From Pyrinomonadaceae bacterium (lineage in GTDB: Bacteria > Acidobacteriota > Blastocatellia > Pyrinomonadales > Pyrinomonadaceae): a stretch of DNA of 64,000 nucleotides. Shown here in pieces: positions 1-9,901 of the stretch. How positions within the stretch are numbered: the stretch's first letter is position 1; each line of letters begins with the position of its first letter. The stretch covers positions 1,775-65,774 of the forward strand of contig JBPCOJ010000106.1 of the NCBI GenBank assembly GCA_051000345.1, read 5' to 3'. A model generated the notes under the pieces. The model did not search any database. It saw nothing but the letters and a program-made list of their open reading frames with translations, and had not been told where the DNA came from. The translations under genes were made by a program, and so were the position numbers.

Positions 1-175
1 CATAGCGCGCCGCAAGCAGATGCACGACGAGCAGGGCAGGCACATTCCACGCGCACGCCAGCAGCGCGCCCGCCGTTTCTCTTCGCGCAGGCTTGCGCCA
101 CAAATACAAGCACCACACAATCATGAGCGGCAACAAAAGCCCCGCCGCGCGTATCAAACCGGGATCAGCAGACAT
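1..175 (-). CDS. membrane protein, N-terminal fragment (gene continues past the left edge)
   Basis: Absent from the ORF track. My reverse-strand translation from the ATG at 175-173 gives MSADPGLIRAAGLLLPLMIVWCLYLWRKPARRETAGALLACAWNVPALLVVHLLAARY, open to base 1. It has hydrophobic helices. The ATG lies 3 nt after the stop of the upstream gene (181-179). Confidence 0.45.
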   Translation of the reverse strand, partial: MSADPGLIRAAGLLLPLMIVWCLYLWRKPARRETAGALLACAWNVPALLVVHLLAARY

Positions 176-178
176 CGT

Positions 179-1252
179 TTATCGCTTCCACTCCTCCGGT
201 TCCGTTATCGCCATCGTCGGCCTCGCTATTGTCGTTGCTGTCGGCGTCGCCGCCGCGTCAATGAGATAACCCGCTGCCTCGCGTGCCGCGTAACGCTCCC
301 AAGGCGCGAAGTACCACGCCGGATCGAGCTGCCTGTCGTAACGCAAACTCCAACGCACCATCGTGTGTTCTTCGTCAATCTTCGTCCAACGAACTTCCGC
401 TTCACGCCAATCGAGCCAGTGGCTGATATGGCTTTTATCCGAGACGACGCGAAAGCGCACCAGTCCCGCTTCATGCTCCGCAACTTCCAACACGAGGTCG
501 CCCGGCTTGCCTTCGCCGCCGGCGAAACGCACGCGCCGCACGTCGCCCACATCAAGCCCCGCACCGCTCGTCGCCACAGGTCTCGGAAATCCCAAGCGCA
601 AATACGCGGGCAGAGTTTTATCGAAGTGCGGTGTTCGGCTCAAAGCCTCTTCGACTGCCGCCGCATTTCCTTCGACGATGCCTTCGGCGACAACTATTTC
701 GGCGCGCGGAAACGAAAGTTTGTGATGCACGCCTTCCATGCTCAAAAGCAGAAACGGCAACATCATCAAGCCGCGCGTGCGCCTGTTTTCTTCGCCCCGC
801 CGTTTCGCGCTATCCATGATCGAACCGACGATAAAAGCGACGAGATAAAAAATCGGCGCGGCCATCACGATGCAAATGAATCCCTCGCCGAGCAGAATGC
901 CGGACATCAACAAAGCAAGCGTCATCGCTTTAATAATCATTCCCGTCGCGCTCTTTGCCTTGCTTGTGCGCGCGACGAGAATCGCCAGAATCGCAGGCAG
1001 CCCGATGAACAGCGCCGACGTTTGCTCTAAATGATTATTGACGAGCAGGCGATAAACGATGCTGCCAGCCGCGAGCGCGATGATAATGCTGGCAAGCGTC
1101 CAACGGGCGCGAGTCGCTTTTCTTTCTTCATCTTCGGCAAACGAATTGTCCGGCTTCGCGCTCCCGGCGTGTCGCAGAATCTCGCGGCAGCGGCTGCACG
1201 TCTGCGCCGCCGAAGAATTCTCATGCCCGCAACTCGGACAGATGAGGCTCAT
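179..1252 (-). CDS. zinc-ribbon membrane protein of unknown function
   Basis: 357-aa ORF. The N-terminus has a CxxC..CxxC ribbon (CPSCGHENSSAAQTCSRC), followed by several hydrophobic helices and a C-terminal soluble domain of about 150 aa (SRPBCC-like by eye only). An AAGGAG SD precedes the ATG at 1252. Confidence 0.6.
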   Translation of the reverse strand: MSLICPSCGHENSSAAQTCSRCREILRHAGSAKPDNSFAEDEERKATRARWTLASIIIALAAGSIVYRLLVNNHLEQTSALFIGLPAILAILVARTSKAKSATGMIIKAMTLALLMSGILLGEGFICIVMAAPIFYLVAFIVGSIMDSAKRRGEENRRTRGLMMLPFLLLSMEGVHHKLSFPRAEIVVAEGIVEGNAAAVEEALSRTPHFDKTLPAYLRLGFPRPVATSGAGLDVGDVRRVRFAGGEGKPGDLVLEVAEHEAGLVRFRVVSDKSHISHWLDWREAEVRWTKIDEEHTMVRWSLRYDRQLDPAWYFAPWERYAAREAAGYLIDAAATPTATTIARPTMAITEPEEWKR

Positions 1253-1554
1253 ACTGATTCTCCTTTGCTTCCGGTGGCACGCGCGCTAAAGCGACACAGC
1301 ACCCGCCGAACACGTCTGTTGAAAACGATTACCGAAACGATTGTTTCAATCTTTGTGCCACAAGCGATGAGGCACATTAAGGAAGGGCTTTTGCGCGTCA
1401 ATGGTTCGCGGACATTGGCAAGCTGCGAGACGCGCTACGAAATTTCTTGCGAAGTGCGAAAAGAACGGAGCTTTAATTCATTAACCGATTCACGCGAAGA
1501 TTTTTCCGGCGCGCGCTTGTCGATAGCTCACTCACATCGCGCCGCAAGAGAACA

Positions 1555-2991
1555 TCAGTCTTCGTCGTGCTCCGTGCCGTTGTAGTGCATCACCACAGGT
1601 TCTTCGTCCGCGATGGTTTCGAGATGAACGGGTCTGCCCCACAAGGTGTAGAGGTGTTCGAGCGTCTTGCGCGCGTAGTGATTATCCAGCTCCGCGTCTT
1701 CGTGAGCGTGGCGCAGGTAAAGCTCGCGGTTGTGGTTGTAGTCGCCGTCAACGACTTCGATATACGGAAAGCCGAAGTTCGTCATGTTCGCAACGAGTCG
1801 GTCGCGCACGCGCTCCCAACGCTTTTCCGTGATCGTCCATTCTTCCCTGTCAATCAGCTCGTAAACAAACAAATCGAGTTCCTCGCACAAGTCTTCGGTC
1901 AGGTAATTGCGCAGAAACGAAACGTCGTTATCGAGTTCGCGCACCTCGAATATTTTCTCGCGCCCGGTGCCTTCACCGCGCCCGAACTTTTTCTTTTCTT
2001 CCGCTGAAGGATTATTCCAGCGCCGCTCTATGTCTTCGAGAATTTTATAGCCGAGATAATACGGATTAAGCTGCCCTTTGTGCGGCGAGACGACGCCCGA
2101 ATGCAAATCCGCAAACTCTATGTGCTGCTCGTCCGGCAAATCGAGTTCACGCATAATTCGTGAATGCCAAAAACTTGCCCATCCTTCATTAATGGTCTTG
2201 GTTTGCATCTGCGGCACGAAGTATTCCATTTCTTCGTGGATCATCGCCATCACGTCGCGCTGCCAATCGGCGAGCGCGGGCGAATTGCGCATGATGTAAT
2301 AAATGATGTCCTTTTCCGGCAGGCGATCACCGTCGGCATCACGCTGCGTTTCGTTTTCATCGGCTACCGTGTCGGCGGGCGCTGCGTTTTTTTCGCCGAG
2401 TTGCCAGAGATCGTCGTAGCGTCCTTCTCTGCGCGAGGCGTGCGCTGTTTTGTCGCGCGCTCTCTCTTGTTGCCGTGTTTCGCGTTTGATGAAAAAGTTC
2501 GGGTCAATGTGTTCTTCGATGGAGAGAACCGCGTCCAGAAATTTCTCGATTGTTTTATGTCCGTATTTGAATTCGTATTCCGTCATGCGCCCCGCGTGCG
2601 ATGAAACGCTTTCGACCATGCGGCGATTGGTTTTTGAAAAGTAAATGTTGTGCTTGAAAAAATCGACGTGTCCGAGCACGTGCGCCATGACCATTTTGTT
2701 CTGCACGGGGCTGTTGGTTTCCATCAGAAAGCCATACGAAGGATTCGTATTGATAACGACTTCGTAAATCTTCGAGAGGCCGAAGTCGTACATCGTCTTC
2801 ATGCGGTGATAAGCCTTGCCGAACGTCCAGTGCGAGTAGCGTCCGGGCAAGGCGTAGGAACCGATCTCGTACATTACTGTGGCAGGCACAATCTCGAAGC
2901 GCGTCGGGAACGGATCGAGGCCGAATTTTTGCGCGGTGTCCCAGATTTGCTGGAGCGCTTTTTCGAGGTCTTTAATTTCGCGGTCGTTCAT
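1555..2991 (-). CDS. spoVR: SpoVR family protein
   Basis: 478 aa. N-terminus [39 protein letters not shown] and [12 protein letters not shown] are typical of SpoVR/YcgB. It is the last gene of the prkA-yeaH-spoVR block. Confidence 0.9.
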   Translation of the reverse strand: MNDREIKDLEKALQQIWDTAQKFGLDPFPTRFEIVPATVMYEIGSYALPGRYSHWTFGKAYHRMKTMYDFGLSKIYEVVINTNPSYGFLMETNSPVQNKMVMAHVLGHVDFFKHNIYFSKTNRRMVESVSSHAGRMTEYEFKYGHKTIEKFLDAVLSIEEHIDPNFFIKRETRQQERARDKTAHASRREGRYDDLWQLGEKNAAPADTVADENETQRDADGDRLPEKDIIYYIMRNSPALADWQRDVMAMIHEEMEYFVPQMQTKTINEGWASFWHSRIMRELDLPDEQHIEFADLHSGVVSPHKGQLNPYYLGYKILEDIERRWNNPSAEEKKKFGRGEGTGREKIFEVRELDNDVSFLRNYLTEDLCEELDLFVYELIDREEWTITEKRWERVRDRLVANMTNFGFPYIEVVDGDYNHNRELYLRHAHEDAELDNHYARKTLEHLYTLWGRPVHLETIADEEPVVMHYNGTEHDED

Positions 2992-3008
2992 AAGTCACGC
3001 GCACAATT

Positions 3009-3353
3009 TTAATTTCGAGAATTACCGTCGCGTTTTTCACCGATATAACGTTCGACGGTGTTGATTAAAGCGTTCAAACGCTCATCGGTTTCCTTGCCAC
3101 GTTCGGCCAAAGAGTCTATTTGAATTTGCGTTTGCTTCTGCGCTTGGGAGACTTCACTGGCGAATTCGCTTTGCCGTTCAGAGACAACCACTAACGCATT
3201 GGCAAGCCGCAACATAACGCTTTCAGTCTTGGCCTGCGTTTCCTGCAACTGAACTTGCGCTTCCTGCAACTTCTGTATGTCGGCGGTAAACTGCGCTTGT
3301 TGCTCAACGATGAATTCCATTTTCCGTTGCATTTCATCTTCAGACATAATCAA
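3009..3353 (-). CDS. small coiled-coil protein, unknown function
   Basis: 114 aa, Q/E/K-rich with heptad-like sequence (QKLQEAQVQLQETQAKTE...). Its stop lies 17 nt before the spoVR start, so the two look coupled. Confidence 0.55.
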   Translation of the reverse strand: MIMSEDEMQRKMEFIVEQQAQFTADIQKLQEAQVQLQETQAKTESVMLRLANALVVVSERQSEFASEVSQAQKQTQIQIDSLAERGKETDERLNALINTVERYIGEKRDGNSRN

Positions 3354-3438
3354 TCTCCTTTTATTCTAAGCGCAAAGCAAGAAAGCAAATTCCAAACTAC
3401 GCGCTCCCGCTTCTTCACCAACACATTCTTTTCAACTT

Positions 3439-4611
3439 TCACGCTTCGATGCCGCGCCGCCCGAAGAATTGTTTGAGCGCCGGATATACGTCTTCCTTAT
3501 CGTCTATGCGGACGCCGACGAAGCGATCTTTTTTCTTCAACCGATCATTAAAAATTGACAGCAGCGCGCCGGATGAGCGGCGATAGCTCGTCGCGCCTTC
3601 TTCGCCGATTTCGCCGTAGCCGAACAAATTGCAAGTGGCGATTAATTGATCCGCGAGCCGCGCCGCTTCTTCGTTGTCCGAATAATAATTGTCGCCGTCC
3701 GAGAAATGAAACGGATAAATGTTCCAATCCGCCGGATTAAAGCGCCTCTTGATAATTTCAAGCGCGAGATAATAAGCGCTGGAGACGACTGTTCCGCCCG
3801 ATTCGCCCTGTGTGAAGAATTGTTCTTCCGTGACTTCCTTTGCTTCCGTGTGGTGCGAGATGAAAACGATGTCAACATTGTCGTACTTCGTGCGCAAAAA
3901 ACGCACCATCCAGAAATAAAACGAGCGCGCGATGTATTTTTTGAATTCGCCCATTGATCCCGAAGTATCCATCATGGCGATCACGACGGCGTTCGATTCA
4001 TAGCGCAAGTTTTCTTCCCAAGTCTTGAAACGCAAATCCTCTTTCTTCACATCACCGAAGCGCGCGCTTCCCTTTTCGCGCGCATTGCGTTTGATGTTTT
4101 CAAGAATCATGCGCCGCTTGTCGAGATTCGCCATCACGCCCGTGCGCCGGATTTCGTTGAAGTGCGTCACCTTCGACTGCACGGCTTTTTTCGCTTTCTC
4201 TTCGAGGAAAGGCAGATGCAAATCCTCGAAGATGAGCGCGGCGATGTCGTCTATGTTGACTTCCGCTTCGTAGTATTCGCCGCCCGCGTCTTGTCCCGCC
4301 TGACCCTTGCCTTTACCTTTGCCCTTGCTTTGACCTTGCGGATTTTCGCGTCCGATGACATCGCCGACTTGCGTGTTGCCGTCGCCCTGCCCGACCTGTT
4401 TGCGCTTGCGGTAATCGTAGCGAAACTTATATTCGTCGAGCGCGCGAACAGGCACTTTCACAGTGCGCTTGCCGTCCGACAAAATGATGGATTCGTTAGA
4501 AACAATAGAGCCTAAGTTTTTCTTGATCGCTTCCTTGACGCGCTCTTTGTGGCGATCCTGATCGATGATGCCCTTGCGCTGCAAAGACCAATCGTTGCGT
4601 TGAATAGACAT
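3439..4611 (-). CDS. yeaH: YeaH/YhbH (DUF444) family protein
   Basis: 390 aa. N-terminus QRNDWSLQRKGIIDQDRHKERVKEAIKKNL, a G/K-rich linker and a vWA-like MIDAS motif (MMDTSGSM) match the DUF444 architecture. It lies in a conserved neighbourhood with prkA and spoVR. Confidence 0.9.
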   Translation of the reverse strand: MSIQRNDWSLQRKGIIDQDRHKERVKEAIKKNLGSIVSNESIILSDGKRTVKVPVRALDEYKFRYDYRKRKQVGQGDGNTQVGDVIGRENPQGQSKGKGKGKGQAGQDAGGEYYEAEVNIDDIAALIFEDLHLPFLEEKAKKAVQSKVTHFNEIRRTGVMANLDKRRMILENIKRNAREKGSARFGDVKKEDLRFKTWEENLRYESNAVVIAMMDTSGSMGEFKKYIARSFYFWMVRFLRTKYDNVDIVFISHHTEAKEVTEEQFFTQGESGGTVVSSAYYLALEIIKRRFNPADWNIYPFHFSDGDNYYSDNEEAARLADQLIATCNLFGYGEIGEEGATSYRRSSGALLSIFNDRLKKKDRFVGVRIDDKEDVYPALKQFFGRRGIEA

Positions 4612-4627
4612 CGGTTCTTACCTCGCA

Positions 4628-5656
4628 TTACCTCACGGCGGTGATTATTTTAGCTTCGGTCAACTCGCTTGCCTCGTTTACTGCCGGTTGATGCTTATCT
4701 ATTTTTGAATGAGCGAAGCCCGCGATTACTTCCGTGAACTCGCGCGGATATTCTTCCATCGGCAAATGTCCGCAGCGGCGAAAGATAATCAAACGCGAGT
4801 GCGGTATCTCTTTGAACAAATGCTCGCCGTCGCGCAACGGAATATCCAGATCGTTTTCGCCCCAGACAATCAGCGTCGGCTGTTTGATGAGATGAGCGTC
4901 GAGCGCGATGCGTTCGGCGTCCCATTGCCGAAGGGTGCGCAAAACGGCGCGTTGCGTGCTCGCAGCGCGCAGCGGGCGGTGATGCGCTTCCATTCTTTTT
5001 TCATCCATCAAATGCGGCGAAGAGTTTTCACCGTAAACATTCCGCATACGCCAGCGCACCATCCGACGCGAGTCGAGAAGGAGCGGCGAAAGCAAATCGC
5101 CGACGACGGGTGAGGCGGCCATTCGCATCAATGTTTCTTTTTTGATGTCGTCGTTGATGACCGCGCCGACGAGCACCACTCGTTCAATACGTTGTGCATA
5201 ATCGAGCGCCGCAATCGCCGCCACCGCGCCGCCGTAGGAACTGCCGACAACCGTCGCCCGTTCGATTTTCAAATAATCGAGCAGCCGCACGATCATTCGC
5301 GCTTGCCTCATAATCGAGTATTCGGCGCGGCGCGGTTTCGCGGAAAACCCGTAGCCGACGAGGTCGGGCGCGATCACGCGAAAGCCAGCGTCTGCGAGCG
5401 GCACAAGCACATCGCTCCACACGAAATTCGACGCGCAGAAGCCGTGTATCAACACAATCGCCGGAGCATGTTTATCGCCCGCTTCCTGGTAATGAACGCG
5501 CACGCCGTCCACATTTGCAAAGCGCGATTTCTCCGCGTGATGCAATTCCCCTGCGTGTTCCTTCCAATCAACATCCCGCTTGCGGCTCAAAAGTTTGGCG
5601 GCGAGCGCCGCGCCGACAAAGCCATACATCCCGGCAATCAAGTATCTTTTTTTCAT
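4628..5656 (-). CDS. membrane-anchored alpha/beta hydrolase
   Basis: 342 aa with an N-terminal TM helix, an HG oxyanion motif (LIHGFCAS), a nucleophile elbow GSSYGG, and a C-terminal CGH histidine. Confidence 0.8.
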   Translation of the reverse strand: MKKRYLIAGMYGFVGAALAAKLLSRKRDVDWKEHAGELHHAEKSRFANVDGVRVHYQEAGDKHAPAIVLIHGFCASNFVWSDVLVPLADAGFRVIAPDLVGYGFSAKPRRAEYSIMRQARMIVRLLDYLKIERATVVGSSYGGAVAAIAALDYAQRIERVVLVGAVINDDIKKETLMRMAASPVVGDLLSPLLLDSRRMVRWRMRNVYGENSSPHLMDEKRMEAHHRPLRAASTQRAVLRTLRQWDAERIALDAHLIKQPTLIVWGENDLDIPLRDGEHLFKEIPHSRLIIFRRCGHLPMEEYPREFTEVIAGFAHSKIDKHQPAVNEASELTEAKIITAVR

Positions 5657-5769
5657 CCCTCAAATTTCCGTGTTATGAAACCGACGCCCGCACTTCCAAA
5701 CTGTGGAGAGCGCGGGCGCAAGTTATTTTCGCAAGTTTTCAAAGCAGGCGCACGCGCTTCCGCAGGCGC

Positions 5770-7707
5770 TTAACGCGACAGCAGCGTGCCGACGTAAGTC
5801 AAGAGTTCGTTCGCGCAGACGGGACAATAACCGTGGTCTTTGACGAGACGATCAATCACTTCGTTGATGCGGCGCAATTGATCCGGGTCGGGCGTCTTAA
5901 CGGACGTTGTGATCTTCACGACATCCTTTAAGTCGGCGAAGATTTTCTTTTCAATTGCTTCCTTGAGACGCTCGTGCGAGTTGTATTCAAAGGCGCGTCC
6001 CTTTCTGGCATACGAAGAAATGCGTATGAGAATCTCCTGCCGGAAAGTATTCTTCGCGTTCTCGCTGATTCCGATCTGCTCTTCGATGGAGCGCATAAGG
6101 CTCTCGTCCGGGTCCATCTCTTCTTCTGTGATCGGGTCTTTAATACGCTCTTTGTTGCAGTAGGATTCGACGTTATCGAGATAGTTATTGCAGATCGTGC
6201 GCGCCATTTCTTCAAACGAATAAACAAAGGCGCGCTGCACTTCTGTTTTGGCGAGTTCGTCATATTCCTTACGCGCCGAAGAAATCAGATTGAGATAGCG
6301 TTCGCGCTGCTCGCCGCTGATGCCCGTGTGCTGCTCGAAGCCGTCTTTGATTGCGCGCAAGGCGTCAATCGGATTGATGCAGGTGATTCCGTCGCGCACA
6401 AGCGCGCCCGACAAACGATTGATAATGTAACGCGGAGAAATGCCGTCCATGCCTTCGCGCACGGTTTCATCCTTCAACTCGCGCACGTCCTTCGATTTAT
6501 AACCTTCAACATCTTCGCCATCGTAGAGCTTCATCTTTTTGGCGATGTCCACGCTGGCGCGTTTCGGTTCTTCGAGGCGCGTCATCACGGCGAACATCGC
6601 GGCGACGCGCAAAGTGTTCGGCGCAAGATGAACGCTGCGCATCGCTTCGGATTGATGCAGCAGCTTGCTGTAAATTTTTTCTTCCTGCGAGACGCGCAAA
6701 TTGTAAGGCACGCGCACAAGGATAATGCGATCCTGCAAGGCTTCGGATTTACGATTGCCTGCGAAGGAGACGTACTCGTTTTCGTTCGTATGCGAGAGAA
6801 TCACTTCGTCCGCATAGATCATCGCAAAACGCCCGGTCTTGATGTTCTGCTCCTGCGACAAAGTCAGCAAGCTATAGAGAAATTTCTCATCGACTTTGAG
6901 CATCTCCACGAATTCCATCACGCCGCGATTAGCAATGTTGAGTTCGCCGTCGAAACGATAGGCGCGCGGATCGGATTCAGCGCCGATTTCGCCGATGGTC
7001 GAGAGATCAATCGAGCCTGTCAGTTCCGTAATGTCCTGGGATTTTGGGTCTGATGGCGCGAATGTGCCGATGCCGACGCGCTCTTTTTCGGAGAAGAGAA
7101 TGCGCTCTACTTTAACGTCTTCGTGGCGTCCGCCGTAAGTGTGTTCGAGAGCATAGCGGCATTGCGGGCAGAGATCGCCTTCGATGTAGAGGCCGTAGTG
7201 CTTTTCGATTTCGGCGCGCAGTTCGTGCGGAATCAAGTGCAGCGGCTCTTCGTGCATCGGGCAATCTTTGATCGCAAAGACCGCGCCCTGTTCGATGCGC
7301 GACCATTCTTCGAGGCCGCGCTTGAGCAAGGTAACGATTGTGGATTTGCCGCCGCCGACAGGCCCCATCAGAAGCAGAATTCTTTTTCTTACTTCGAGGC
7401 GTTGCGCGGCGCTTTTGAAATATTCGACGATGCGCGCAATCGGTTCTTCGATGCCGTAGAGTTCGTCTGCGAAAAAGTTGTAGCGTGTGGTTTCGTCGCG
7501 CGCGCCTTCGTTTAATTTCTCGACGCCCGCGTGGTGAATCATGTTGTTGACGCGCGCGTGCGAGAGTTCGGCAAGACGAGGATTCTGCGAGACGAGTTCA
7601 AAGTAGTCACGGAAAGTGCCTTCCCACTGAAGCGCTTCGCGTTCGCGGCGCAGGTCGTCGAGCCGCTCGCTGATATTGAATTTGTGGTTGCCATCGTGCT
7701 GTTGCAT
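5770..7707 (-). CDS. prkA: PrkA family serine protein kinase (AAA+ N-domain)
   Basis: 645 aa with Walker A LLLMGPVGGGKST. Full-length similarity by eye to PrkA/YeaG. Confidence 0.92.
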   Translation of the reverse strand: MQQHDGNHKFNISERLDDLRREREALQWEGTFRDYFELVSQNPRLAELSHARVNNMIHHAGVEKLNEGARDETTRYNFFADELYGIEEPIARIVEYFKSAAQRLEVRKRILLLMGPVGGGKSTIVTLLKRGLEEWSRIEQGAVFAIKDCPMHEEPLHLIPHELRAEIEKHYGLYIEGDLCPQCRYALEHTYGGRHEDVKVERILFSEKERVGIGTFAPSDPKSQDITELTGSIDLSTIGEIGAESDPRAYRFDGELNIANRGVMEFVEMLKVDEKFLYSLLTLSQEQNIKTGRFAMIYADEVILSHTNENEYVSFAGNRKSEALQDRIILVRVPYNLRVSQEEKIYSKLLHQSEAMRSVHLAPNTLRVAAMFAVMTRLEEPKRASVDIAKKMKLYDGEDVEGYKSKDVRELKDETVREGMDGISPRYIINRLSGALVRDGITCINPIDALRAIKDGFEQHTGISGEQRERYLNLISSARKEYDELAKTEVQRAFVYSFEEMARTICNNYLDNVESYCNKERIKDPITEEEMDPDESLMRSIEEQIGISENAKNTFRQEILIRISSYARKGRAFEYNSHERLKEAIEKKIFADLKDVVKITTSVKTPDPDQLRRINEVIDRLVKDHGYCPVCANELLTYVGTLLSR

Positions 7708-7889
7708 AGCCGTATTTAATACCTCATTTCAGGCCAGAGAGCGCGCACACTTGGGGCGACGTGGGGAAGTCACGCCTTGCATTGCTCAAGCGCCAAAGGA
7801 CAAGGCGTTTCAAGCGAAAGATTTTCGCGTGACGTTATGTCCTTCGTTGCCTGAAGGATTCGATCCCGATGCGCGTCTAAATTAAAGAA

Positions 7890-7913
7890 CGCCTGCGCGG
7901 TAGGCGGTTTTTT
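7890..7913. terminator. short GC hairpin flanked by an A-rich segment and a T-run; probable truB terminator (bidirectional shape)
   Basis: cgcct-gcgcggt-aggcg followed by gtttttt on the plus strand; the reverse strand reads stem + ttctttaattt. It lies about 170 nt downstream of the truB stop. The stem is only 5 bp. Confidence 0.35.
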
Positions 7914-8084
7914 GCGCGCCGTCGAGACCTTCGGAAAACTTCAATGAGCTGCTGATGGTTTCAAGCAAGAGCGGGAAGGAACAAGAGTTTTAGCCGTCGG
8001 CGGGAAAGCAGCCCGCTCATACACTTTCCTCGAACGGCTTCTGTTTCGGATTATAACATAGGCTGTAGGGCGGGAAGTCAAGGC

Positions 8085-9047
8085 TTATTCTTCGACACGA
8101 ATCAACACGCGCGGATGCAACAGCATTTTCGCGGCATCGCAAATGCCGATTGCTATTAACTCGCCCGAAGCATCGCGCAAACGCATATAACGCCCGTCTG
8201 TCAATCCGGCCTTTTTCAACGACGCTTCATCGATTCGCACGGCGACGCCGTTACGCACCGCCTGTTCTTCCTGCGCCGTTAGATGCAAGGCAGGCAATTC
8301 CGGGAGCGCTGCGTTTGGCGAAAAAAACGCCGCCGATTCCGTGTTCGTCTCGCGCAGTCTTTGCAATTCGTCGAGACCGATTGCGTGCGTGAGGTTGAAG
8401 GCACCGGCGCGCGTGCGTCTAAGCGAGACGAGATGCGCGCCGATGCCGAGCTTTTCTCCGACTGCTTCGGCGAGCACGCGCACATACGTTCCGGCGGAAC
8501 ACACGACGCGCGCGCGCAAATCAATCGTTTCGTCTTCGTTGAGATGAAGCAACGCGCCGCCATCATGCTTGATCGCTTCAAATTCGCGGACGAAGACAGG
8601 CACGGCGACGCGTTCGATTTCGACGCCCTGCCGCGCAAGTTCATATAACTTTTTTCCGGCAACTTTCTTCGCTGAATACATCGGCGGCACTTGCATCTGT
8701 TCTCCGCGCAATGAATCAAGCGCCGCTTCGATTCGCTTTTCGCTCAATAGGGCGAAATCCTTTTCATCGAGCAAGCGAAATGTTTCCTGCCGTAATGTTC
8801 CCGTCGCGTCGCCCGTGTTTGTCGCATAACCGAAACGAATAATCGCTTCATATTCCTTTTCTGCGCCGGAAAGAAATTGCGCGAGCTTTGTGGCGCGCCC
8901 GACGAGCACGACCAGCACGCCCGTCGCAAACGGATCGAGCGTGCCTGTGTGACCGACGCGCCGCTCATGCAAGATGCGCCGCACACGCGCCACCACGTCG
9001 TGCGAAGTAAAGCCTGCGGGCTTATCAATAATTACGACGCCGTTCAT
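8085..9047 (-). CDS. truB: tRNA pseudouridine(55) synthase
   Basis: 320 aa. NGVVIIDKPAGFTSHDVV and GHTGTLDPFATGVL (catalytic Asp motif) are present. Confidence 0.92.
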   Translation of the reverse strand: MNGVVIIDKPAGFTSHDVVARVRRILHERRVGHTGTLDPFATGVLVVLVGRATKLAQFLSGAEKEYEAIIRFGYATNTGDATGTLRQETFRLLDEKDFALLSEKRIEAALDSLRGEQMQVPPMYSAKKVAGKKLYELARQGVEIERVAVPVFVREFEAIKHDGGALLHLNEDETIDLRARVVCSAGTYVRVLAEAVGEKLGIGAHLVSLRRTRAGAFNLTHAIGLDELQRLRETNTESAAFFSPNAALPELPALHLTAQEEQAVRNGVAVRIDEASLKKAGLTDGRYMRLRDASGELIAIGICDAAKMLLHPRVLIRVEE

Positions 9048-9214
9048 TGTCGTTCACGAAGAGTTCGGGATGCGCAATCGATTCTTTGCGAGTCGAATAA
9101 TTGTAAATCAAGTTTTAATTTTTGTTTCATCAATCGCAAATCTAAAGTCGCGTCTACGAAATAGCAAGGCGGTTTTTCAAAGGCTGCGGCGTTCGTGTTA
9201 AAATATGAGCATCA

Positions 9215-9796
9215 ATGAGAAAACGTAAGTGGAAATCGAACGCAACGCAGATTAACGAAGCGGAAACGGAACGCCCCGCGCGCATCCTCGATCCTGAAAA
9301 GGCGCGCGTCAAGACGATGAAGCGTGCAGGCAATCTGCTCGCCGCCAAGCCGCGTTCGATCAACGAACTGCGTGAAAGACTGTTGGAGAAAGAATGGACG
9401 AACGAGGAAATTGTCGAAGCGGTAATTGCGAAACTCGGCGAGTATGGTTATGTGAATGACGAGCGCTTCGCTTTCGGTTACGCTTCTTCGCGCGTGCGCC
9501 AGAGACCTTTAGGGCGCGGACGGCTTCTGCGCGATTTGCAACTAAAAAAGGTTGACCGCGAAACGGCGGATGAAGCCGTGCGTCTTGTCTTTGAAGAAAC
9601 GCCCGAAGAGGAATTGATTGACCGCGCGATTGAAAAAAGAATGCGCCTGCGAGGTGTGCCGCAAACGCGCGCCGAAACCAAAAGTTTGTTCGATCATTTG
9701 CTGCGGCAGGGATTCTCTTTCGATCTGGTGATACGGCGCGTGCGCGCGGCGGTGGACGGCGCAGCAATAGATGAGGATGAAGCGGCGGGCGAATAG
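9215..9796 (+). CDS. recX: recombination regulator RecX
   Basis: 193 aa with three-repeat helical RecX-like sequence (RSINELRERLLEKEW..EEIVEAVIAKLGEYGYVNDERFA). Confidence 0.85.
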   Translation: MRKRKWKSNATQINEAETERPARILDPEKARVKTMKRAGNLLAAKPRSINELRERLLEKEWTNEEIVEAVIAKLGEYGYVNDERFAFGYASSRVRQRPLGRGRLLRDLQLKKVDRETADEAVRLVFEETPEEELIDRAIEKRMRLRGVPQTRAETKSLFDHLLRQGFSFDLVIRRVRAAVDGAAIDEDEAAGE

Positions 9797-9821
9797 TCGC
9801 GAAAAGCTTTTGTTTGAAAAG

Positions 9822-9862
9822 AAAAAAGCGGGCGCGTCATGGTATAGACACGCCCGCTTGTC
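9822..9862 (-). terminator. Rho-independent terminator of the giant surface-protein gene (also closes recX)
   Basis: Stem aagcgggcg / cgcccgctt. On the minus strand it is followed by ttttttctttt. It sits between convergent genes. Confidence 0.7.
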
Positions 9863-9901
9863 GTATGCGCAGCCGCTTTCGCTGCTGCCGACTAAATACT
9901 A

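Noticed and set aside
20-1030. 336-aa plus-strand ORF and other long antisense ORFs (e.g. 5974-7053, 13521-14300, 20235-21008, 43243-44367, 45456-46154).
   Set aside because: They are Arg/Ala-rich low-complexity translations lying antisense to genes with unmistakable family signatures (PrkA, DnaJ, DnaK and others). This is the expected artefact of GC-rich DNA, and none has an SD or recognisable domain.
1345-1360. Minus-strand TGGCACaaagaTTGAA upstream of the 179-1252 gene as a sigma54 promoter.
   Set aside because: The -12 element is GA instead of the near-invariant GC. A reasonable sigma70 alternative exists nearby (TTGACG-N16-TAATGT, 1401-1374).
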